Positions 57,663 to 64,000 of a stretch of DNA of 64,000 nt are shown here, piece by piece. The position numbers and the translations under genes were made by a program. Source of the DNA: Spirochaetia bacterium (GTDB taxonomy: Bacteria > Spirochaetota > Spirochaetia > CADAEX01); the NCBI GenBank assembly GCA_963662795.1, contig OY759746.1, positions 2,503,817 through 2,567,816 on the forward strand, given 5' to 3'. How positions within the stretch are numbered: the stretch's first letter is position 1; the number at the start of each line of letters is the position of its first letter. Below the pieces are notes generated by a model, which worked only from the letters and a program-made list of their open reading frames with translations, was not told where the DNA came from and did no database searches.

Positions 57663-58856
57663 TCAGCTCAAAAGGTCAAAGGCGAATTTCCGCCCCATTT
57701 CATACCCTTTTTCTATATCTTTTTCAGACGCTCCGCCCTGGAACTCAAAAGTACCTGTGAATTCCCATTTAAGAGGTTCTGTAATTGCTTTTACTTTTTT
57801 AAGAGCGCCGCCGCTCCACCCGTAACTGCCGAAGTAAAGAGCTTTTTTATTTTCTATCTTTTTAAGCGCGAGAAGTTCAAGTGTGTTTATCATGGGAGGG
57901 AATAGACCGACCTCGTAAGTAGGCGCCCCGATTATGACCCCTGACCTTGTCCAGACAGAAGGCATGATATAGCTTGTATCAGTGCGGGCTACATCAAATA
58001 TCTCAACAGGCACACCCGCGGAGGATGCCCCGAGTGCTACTGAGTTCATCATTTTTTCCGTATTTCCGTACATGGAACCGTAAAGAAGGGTAACGCCCGG
58101 TTTACCGGGTTTTCCTGCCAGCTCTGCCCATTCTTTGTATAAGGAGACAATTTCTCCCGGTTTATCCCGCCATACAAGGCCGTGAGAAGGAGCAATTATT
58201 TTGATATCGATGCCTTTAAGCTTTTCAATGGCACTTAATACATTGCGTGAAAATTTCGCGATTATATTTACATAGTATCTCAGCGCTTCTTTTTTATAAA
58301 AATCAATATTTTTACAGTCATCATCAAATATATTTCCGGAAAAAGCCCCGTAGCTGCCGAAAGCATCGCACGGGAAAAGTATTTTTTCCTCAGGATTATA
58401 TGTTGCCATGGTTTCCGGCCAATGGACAAACGGAATGTGGTAAAAAACGAGTTTTCTTTCTCCAAGATCAAGTACTTCCCCGTCCTCTACAGCTAAAATA
58501 TTATCTGTGAGGCCGTAGTAGTCTTCAACCATTTTTTTTGCCTTTGCTGTGCAGAGAATTTTAACCCCGGGGGATAGTCTTCTTAGTGTTTTAAGTACGC
58601 CGGTATGGTCCGGCTCCATATGGTTGATAATTACATAATCAATCTTATCCAGATCAACAACACTCGCAACCTCATCAAAAAAACTGTCGGTTTTTATTGA
58701 TTTTGAAAGATCGATAATAGCTTTCTTTTTATCATTAATAAGATAAGAGTTATAAGTTACACCTTCTTTTGAGATCGGCCAAAGTCCTTCGAACAAATCA
58801 GTAGTTCTGTCATTGACTCCAATCCAGAAAATATTTTTTTTTATTTCGATTGCCAT
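57663..58856 (-). CDS. fprA: flavodiiron protein (metallo-beta-lactamase-like diiron domain + flavodoxin domain; O2/NO reductase)
   Basis: HMEPDHTG diiron motif, a C-terminal flavodoxin-like LLYGSMYGNTE, and a length of 397 aa. Confidence 0.9.
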   Translation of the reverse strand: MAIEIKKNIFWIGVNDRTTDLFEGLWPISKEGVTYNSYLINDKKKAIIDLSKSIKTDSFFDEVASVVDLDKIDYVIINHMEPDHTGVLKTLRRLSPGVKILCTAKAKKMVEDYYGLTDNILAVEDGEVLDLGERKLVFYHIPFVHWPETMATYNPEEKILFPCDAFGSYGAFSGNIFDDDCKNIDFYKKEALRYYVNIIAKFSRNVLSAIEKLKGIDIKIIAPSHGLVWRDKPGEIVSLYKEWAELAGKPGKPGVTLLYGSMYGNTEKMMNSVALGASSAGVPVEIFDVARTDTSYIMPSVWTRSGVIIGAPTYEVGLFPPMINTLELLALKKIENKKALYFGSYGWSGGALKKVKAITEPLKWEFTGTFEFQGGASEKDIEKGYEMGRKFAFDLLS

Positions 58857-58950
58857 TGAAAACTCCTTTTTTGTATCTTAAACTAAATATAAAACTAATA
58901 AATAATTAAAACAATATAGTACTTATTATTTACTTAATCAAAAACCGGAG

Positions 58951-59760
58951 TTGCATTTGCTTAACATCAACAGGACAGGATTGCTTCTTGAGGAGATTTA
59001 TTCAAGGTATCATAAACCTGAATACATAAATCCGGATCCTCTGGTTTTTGTAAGAAAATATGATAAAATGGAAGACAGGGAGACGGCAGGACTGATTGCG
59101 TCATCACTTGCCCTTGGCAGGGTAGAACTTATTATGTCTGCTGTCGACAAAGTTCTCTCAGCAATCCCATCGCCTTTTGAAGACGTCAGGAAGCTTGAAT
59201 ACAGGGATTTTGAAAAAATGTATGAAGGATTTTCCTACAGATTTTTCAAAACATCACATCTGGCAGGTTTTTTATCGGGTATAGGCAGCCTGATAAGAAA
59301 ACACGGCTCAGCAGGCCGCTGCTTTAAAAAATATTATGCTGATGAAGGTTCGCTTATTCCTGCGGTGCATTCTTTCAGCAGGGAACTTCTTGCAGGATGT
59401 GAAAAAAACCCTGGAATACTTGTTACGGAAAGCTGGAAGGGGAGCGCTTTTAAAAGGTTTAATCTTTTTTTAAGATGGATGGCAAGGTCTGATAATATTG
59501 ATCCGGGCGGATGGGATTTTATTGATAAAGAAGGACTTATTGTCCCTCTGGATACCCACATGATGAATATTGGAAAATATATAGGACTAACAGGCAGAGC
59601 TACCCCTTCTTTGAAAACTGCAATTGAAATTACTGAAAATTTGAAAAAGTATGATAAAATGGATCCTGTCAGGTTTGATTTCAGCCTAACAAGGCTTGGA
59701 ATACATCCTGATCTTACAATAGAAAAATTAAAATTGCTGGAGGGAAGAGAAAATGAATAG
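58951..59760 (+). CDS. DUF2400/TIGR02757-like conserved hypothetical protein
   Basis: Assigned from recollection of the family pattern (PDPLVFV..Y....[16 protein letters not shown]). TTG start (58951 or 58957). It overlaps the rubrerythrin gene by 8 nt. Confidence 0.45.
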   Translation: MHLLNINRTGLLLEEIYSRYHKPEYINPDPLVFVRKYDKMEDRETAGLIASSLALGRVELIMSAVDKVLSAIPSPFEDVRKLEYRDFEKMYEGFSYRFFKTSHLAGFLSGIGSLIRKHGSAGRCFKKYYADEGSLIPAVHSFSRELLAGCEKNPGILVTESWKGSAFKRFNLFLRWMARSDNIDPGGWDFIDKEGLIVPLDTHMMNIGKYIGLTGRATPSLKTAIEITENLKKYDKMDPVRFDFSLTRLGIHPDLTIEKLKLLEGRENE

Positions 59761-60328
59761 TATCAAGGGCACACAGACAGAAAAAAATATTTTGACTGCA
59801 TTCTGCGGTGAATCACAGGCCAGAAACAAATACACTTATTTTGCAAGCGTGGCCAAAAAGGAAGGTTTTGTACAGATTTCAAAAATTTTTGAAGAAACTT
59901 CAGACCAGGAAAAAGAACATGCCAAAAGGCTGTTTAAACTGCTCGAAGGGGGCGAGGTTGAAATAAAGGCTTCTTTTCCTGCGGGAGTTATCGGCGATAC
60001 TGCAGCCAACCTGAAGGAAGCGGCAGGGGGAGAACACTACGAGTGGACAGAGATGTATCCAGGATTTGCTAAAAAAGCACGGGAAGAGGGCTTTCCTGCA
60101 ATAGCTGCGGTTTTTGAGGCGATTGCGGTTGCTGAAAAACAGCATGAAAAAAGATACCTTGATCTGAGAAAAAATGTTCTTGAGAATTCAGTTTTCAGGA
60201 AAAAATCAAAAACAGTCTGGAGATGCATAAATTGCGGTTATCTGTATGAAGGAGAATCAGCTCCTCTTTCCTGTCCTGCATGCGCGCATCCGCAATCGTA
60301 CTTTGAACTTTTTGGAGAGAACTGGTAG
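59753..60328 (+). CDS. rbr: rubrerythrin
   Basis: Ferritin-like diiron ExxH motifs (EKEHAKR, EKQHEKR) plus the C-terminal rubredoxin-like CINCG...CPAC. Confidence 0.95.
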   Translation: MNSIKGTQTEKNILTAFCGESQARNKYTYFASVAKKEGFVQISKIFEETSDQEKEHAKRLFKLLEGGEVEIKASFPAGVIGDTAANLKEAAGGEHYEWTEMYPGFAKKAREEGFPAIAAVFEAIAVAEKQHEKRYLDLRKNVLENSVFRKKSKTVWRCINCGYLYEGESAPLSCPACAHPQSYFELFGENW

Positions 60329-60384
60329 AATATTGTTTTTTTGAACAATAAATTAAGTAAATTTATAAAACGGAGGGAATTAAA

Positions 60385-60759
60385 ATGGCTGAAAAATTTA
60401 AAGTCTACAAATGTGAACTATGCGGAAATATCGTTGAAGTATTACACGCTGGAGACGGAGATCTTGTATGCTGCGGGAAAGAAATGGTTTTAATGACAGA
60501 AAAAACCGCAGACTCATCAACAGAAAAACATGTTCCTGTCATTGAAAAAACCGCTGAGGGCTACAAGGTAACTGTAGGCAGCACACTGCATCCAATGCTG
60601 GACAATCATTATATTGAGTGGATTGAGCTTGTCGCGGATGGTCTTTCCTATAAGAAATACCTTAAACCAGGAGATACCCCGTCTGCTGAATTCTGTATAA
60701 AAGCCTCAAAAGTTTCCGCAAGGGAATACTGCAACGTGCATGGTCACTGGAAGGGTTAA
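60385..60759 (+). CDS. dfx: desulfoferrodoxin (2Fe superoxide reductase)
   Basis: N-terminal desulforedoxin CELCGN...CCG and a C-terminal SOR domain (EKHVPV...HPM...YCNVHGHW). Confidence 0.93.
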   Translation: MAEKFKVYKCELCGNIVEVLHAGDGDLVCCGKEMVLMTEKTADSSTEKHVPVIEKTAEGYKVTVGSTLHPMLDNHYIEWIELVADGLSYKKYLKPGDTPSAEFCIKASKVSAREYCNVHGHWKG

Positions 60760-60768
60760 GGAGCGGAA

Positions 60769-61254
60769 ATGGAACAGAAACTGAAAGAACTGCTTATAAA
60801 GCAGATCAACGAGGAACTTTATTCCTCATATCTTTATCTTGCTATGGCATCTGATTTTGAAAGCAAAAACATGAAGGGTATGGCTGCGTGGATGAGCAAG
60901 CAGTCAATGGAAGAAACCGGTCACGGGATGAAAATTTACCGTTTTCTTCAGGAAAGAGGTGAAAAACCGGTCCTGGCTCAGATTGATAAACCGCAGGAAT
61001 CATGGAATTCTCCCAAAGATGCGTTTGAAGCTTCACTTAAACATGAAAAGCATATAACCGGGTGTATTGATAAACTTGTTAAAGCTGCCCGCTCAGCGGA
61101 AGATTTTGCAACTGAAATATTCCTTCAGTGGTTTGTGACTGAACAGGTTGAGGAAGAGGCAAATGTATCGGATGTTCTTGCCAAACTGGAAATGGTCGGC
61201 AGCAAATCAACAGGTCTTTATATGCTTGACAGGGAACTTGGTCAGCGGCAATAA
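60769..61254 (+). CDS. non-heme ferritin
   Basis: INEELYSSYLYLAMA...EETGHGMK...QEE pattern of Ftn-type ferritins. Confidence 0.88.
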   Translation: MEQKLKELLIKQINEELYSSYLYLAMASDFESKNMKGMAAWMSKQSMEETGHGMKIYRFLQERGEKPVLAQIDKPQESWNSPKDAFEASLKHEKHITGCIDKLVKAARSAEDFATEIFLQWFVTEQVEEEANVSDVLAKLEMVGSKSTGLYMLDRELGQRQ

Positions 61255-61285
61255 CGCACTATAGTGCATAAGCAAGGAGGATATT

Positions 61286-61447
61286 ATGAAAAAATATGTT
61301 TGTGATGTATGCGGGTATATCTATGACCCCAAAGAGGGTGATCCGGACAACGGCGTAAAAGCAGGAACTTCATGGGAAAATGTCCCTGAGGACTGGGTTT
61401 GCCCTGCCTGCGGAGCCCCAAAAGATCAGTTTTCTCCTATGGACTGA
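61286..61447 (+). CDS. rubredoxin (53 aa)
   Basis: Not in the ORF track (too short). My translation is [53 protein letters not shown], with CxxCG and CPxCG knuckles and AAGGAGG 7 nt upstream. Confidence 0.93.
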   Translation: MKKYVCDVCGYIYDPKEGDPDNGVKAGTSWENVPEDWVCPACGAPKDQFSPMD

Positions 61448-61548
61448 ACTTTTTAAAATGTGAAGAAAAGTTGCCTGCAGGACCTGTCATAACGGATTAT
61501 ATATCCTCACGGCTTGTTCTGCGGGCAGTTTTTTTACCCGCTGAATGG

Positions 61549-62433
61549 TCAGCTCCTGTAAATCAGGCTTCCCGGTGCTACGGAACTTGTTATCCATGTA
61601 TTTCCCCCGATTATAGAACCTTTTCCAATTATAGTTCTTCCGCCCAGAATTGTCGCATTGGCGTAGATAATTACATCATCTTCTATATCAGGATGCCTTT
61701 TTTCACCCGTTCTCGGGTTTCCTTCCTTGTCAAAAGGGGATAATGCGCCTAATGTTACCCCCTGATAAAGCTTTACCCTGTCCCCTATTGTAGTAGTCTC
61801 GCCAATAACAACACCTGTACCGTGGTCAATAAAAAAACTTCTGCCGATTTTTGCTCCCGGATGTATATCAATCCCTGTTCTTGAGTGTGCTCTTTCCGAC
61901 ATGATTCTCGGGATAATAGGAACACCGTGAGAATACAGTTTGTGCGCAATGCGGTGTGTGGAAATTGCTTCAATACATGGGTAACTGAGCACTACCTCAT
62001 CCAGAGATGTTGCTGCCGGATCACCGTCTTTTGCTGCCTGAACATCAGTAATAAGAATTTCCCTTATTTCAGGAAGAGACTCTATCAGATCCATGAGAAC
62101 TTTCCCGGCTTTTTCACCGCAGTCGCAATCTCCGCACTCCTTTTCTGTACACATATATCTGAAACTGTCTCTCAGATACTTGATAAATCTGTAGCTGATA
62201 TATCGTAATCTTTCATTGATGTAAAAATCAATTTCCTCAGCTGAAATTGTGTCCCTGCTGTAGCACCCCGGAAAAAGAATTGAAAGAAAGGCCTCAAGGA
62301 CATCATAAACCCCATCTCTTCCTGATCTTCCCAGTTCCTCCCCGGCTGTCACGTGATAATCATTTTTAATGCTGTTCCCTATTTTTTTTGAGATTCCCGG
62401 TATACTCTCATTCATGAAACGATCAATCTTCAT
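61549..62433 (-). CDS. cysE: serine O-acetyltransferase (long N-terminal form)
   Basis: Left-handed beta-helix hexapeptide repeats GAKIGRSFFIDHGTGVVIGETTTIGDRVKLYQGVTLG. The start is uncertain (TTG 62469, ATG 62433 or ATG 62415). Confidence 0.85.
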   Translation of the reverse strand: MKIDRFMNESIPGISKKIGNSIKNDYHVTAGEELGRSGRDGVYDVLEAFLSILFPGCYSRDTISAEEIDFYINERLRYISYRFIKYLRDSFRYMCTEKECGDCDCGEKAGKVLMDLIESLPEIREILITDVQAAKDGDPAATSLDEVVLSYPCIEAISTHRIAHKLYSHGVPIIPRIMSERAHSRTGIDIHPGAKIGRSFFIDHGTGVVIGETTTIGDRVKLYQGVTLGALSPFDKEGNPRTGEKRHPDIEDDVIIYANATILGGRTIIGKGSIIGGNTWITSSVAPGSLIYRS

Positions 62434-62521
62434 ATATTCAAAGATATAAAAATCGGAAACAAAATGCAATAATTATAAAAGCTAGAATATTCTTATAATT
62501 ACTATTATACTGAATATAACT

Positions 62522-63601
62522 ATGAAAAAATTAGAGGAATGTACTATTCTGGTTGTTGACGACAGTATTCACAACCTTGATATCATGGTAAGCATGCTTG
62601 ACACTATTTATGATGTGATTGTCGCTTCAGACGGAGAAAGCGCACTTGAGCTTGTAAATGAAATTATACCGGACCTTATCCTCCTTGATATCGTAATGGA
62701 AGGGATAGACGGATTTGAGGTCTGCAGAAGGCTCAAGAATAACAGTAGAACATCAGCAATACCTGTGATATTTTTGTCAGGCAACAAGGATGCTTCTGAC
62801 AAAAACAAAGGGTTTGAGTCCGGGGCTGTTGATTATATAACCAAACCATTTGAGGTTAACGAAGTCAAGGCAAGAATAAAAACACATCTCTCCTTAAAGA
62901 TTGCCCAGGAAGAGCTTAAAATCCAGAATGCCAAGCTTGAATCCGAGGTTGAAAAAAGAACATTTGAACTGCGGAAAACTGTTCTTGAACTAAGATATTC
63001 TTATCAGGAAACAATATTTCTCCTGTCAAAAGCGGCTGAATACAGGGATGATGATACAGGCAGCCACCTTTTAAAGGTAAGCAGCTACTGCAGAGCTATT
63101 GCAGAAGCGATGGGCATGGATGAAAGCATGGTAGAAAATCTGTATCATGCTTCATTGCTTCATGATATTGGTAAAATTGGAATTCCCGACAGCATTCTCC
63201 TTAAAAAAGGAGCTTATGATTCTGATGAATGGAATAAAATGAAAAAACATACCGAGATAGGTTCCTATATATTATCGAGTTCAAATGTTGAAGTAATAAA
63301 AATGGGCAAAATGATAGCGCTTACTCATCATGAAAAATGGGACGGTACAGGCTATCCCAATGGGCTAAGCTATGAGGAGATTCCTTTAATAAGCAGGATT
63401 GTGTCTGTCGCAGATGTATTTGACGCACTTGTATCAAAGAGAGTTTACAAGGATGAATTTACTGTTGAAGACGCGCTTAATGAAATAAAAAAAAGCAGCG
63501 GACGCCATTTTGACCCAAAAATTGTAGATACATTTCTTTCTATTGTTGATGATATACTTGAGATAATGAATAAATATAAAGAAAGTCACGCTGCAGTTTG
63601 A
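62522..63601 (+). CDS. response regulator with HD-GYP phosphodiesterase domain (RpfG-like)
   Basis: Receiver ILVVDD...DLILLDIVMEGIDG, then HDIGKIGIPD and HHEKWDGTGYP. Confidence 0.9.
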   Translation: MKKLEECTILVVDDSIHNLDIMVSMLDTIYDVIVASDGESALELVNEIIPDLILLDIVMEGIDGFEVCRRLKNNSRTSAIPVIFLSGNKDASDKNKGFESGAVDYITKPFEVNEVKARIKTHLSLKIAQEELKIQNAKLESEVEKRTFELRKTVLELRYSYQETIFLLSKAAEYRDDDTGSHLLKVSSYCRAIAEAMGMDESMVENLYHASLLHDIGKIGIPDSILLKKGAYDSDEWNKMKKHTEIGSYILSSSNVEVIKMGKMIALTHHEKWDGTGYPNGLSYEEIPLISRIVSVADVFDALVSKRVYKDEFTVEDALNEIKKSSGRHFDPKIVDTFLSIVDDILEIMNKYKESHAAV

Positions 63602-63684
63602 TTAAAAGCTCCCTGAAAAACATATTGCAGGTAAAATTTTTCATATAATCATCAGACAAATAATAGCAAAGTGCAGGAAGTAAT

Positions 63685-64000
63685 ATGATTAATAAAAAAA
63701 CTGACGGATTTTCCCATTCGGATAAAACCATAATGGTTGTGGATGATGAAAAAATTGTCAGAGAGCTTACAGCCGAGATGCTGAAAAGGCTTGGTTATAC
63801 TGTAATTTCATTTGGAGGTGCATTATCTGCGCTGGAATATTACAGAGATAATATACATACAGTGGATCTCGTAATACTTGATATGATCATGCCCGGGATG
63901 GGAGGAAGGGAAGCTCTTTATAAATTCAGGGAGATCAATCCGGCTGTGAAAGTTTTTATACTTTCAGGTTTCAGTCTGGACAGCGAAAACAGGGAGATGC
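63685..64000 (+). CDS. response-regulator receiver domain protein, 3' end cut by the window edge
   Basis: My translation from ATG 63685 is MINKKTDGFSHSDKTIMVVDDEKIVREL...DLVILDMIMPGMGG...KVFILSGF. AGGAAG lies upstream. Confidence 0.8.
   Translation, partial: MINKKTDGFSHSDKTIMVVDDEKIVRELTAEMLKRLGYTVISFGGALSALEYYRDNIHTVDLVILDMIMPGMGGREALYKFREINPAVKVFILSGFSLDSENREM

Noticed and set aside
61256-61267. Small perfect palindromes between oxidative-stress genes: GCACTATAGTGC (61256-61267) and TATTGTT-N6-AACAATA after rubrerythrin (about 60332-60351).
   Set aside because: They are short and partly AT-only stems without U-tracts, and they do not resemble Fur/PerR boxes. There is not enough signal to call terminators or operators.
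61399-61743. 114-aa plus-strand ORF in the track.
   Set aside because: It overlaps the 3' end of the clearly real rubredoxin gene in another frame and runs antisense into cysE. It has no motif and no ribosome-binding site.

Overview
Densely coding 64-kb chromosomal segment from an anaerobic, diderm bacterium. It is AT-rich by eye (GC not computed). Lipoboxes, OMP-type C-termini and gene content look Spirochaetota-like, but the taxon cannot be proven from this window. I saw no rRNA, tRNA, CRISPR array, transposase or integrase.

Gene content, left to right:
- A truncated sigma-54 activator, a HAD hydrolase, and an OmpR/histidine-kinase pair whose sensor loop is Met/Pro-rich.
- An archaeal-type NrpR-like regulator directly upstream of glutamate synthase gltBD, then pepT.
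- Two envelope proteins, mnmE-mnmG-rsmG, a TPR membrane protein, and a LysM membrane protein with an Hsp70 substrate-binding-like N-domain.
- ftsK, an MFS transporter, recC-recB-recD, ilvBN and a hemolysin-III family protein.
- rex, divergent from a five-gene bifurcating-type [FeFe]-hydrogenase operon that includes an orphan GHKL ATPase gene.
- A CHASE2 adenylate/guanylate cyclase.
- An oxygen-detoxification island (flavodiiron protein, DUF2400-like protein, rubrerythrin, desulfoferrodoxin, ferritin, and a rubredoxin the ORF track missed), cysE, and two response regulators, one with an HD-GYP domain.

The least ordinary region is 46.9-57.5 kb. It holds a four-gene minus-strand operon encoding:
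- two paralogous proteins with a beta-barrel-like N-domain, a transglutaminase-like core and TPRs; one keeps the Cys-His core and the other has lost it;
- a 1681-aa lipoprotein with five near-identical 381-bp tandem Ig-like repeats and a C-terminal TM anchor;
- a small secreted FecR-like protein.

This operon converges on the CHASE2 cyclase gene at a shared bidirectional terminator. I propose it as a candidate uncharacterised envelope-spanning or signalling system.

All functional calls come from motif recognition in the supplied translations. No database search was run.
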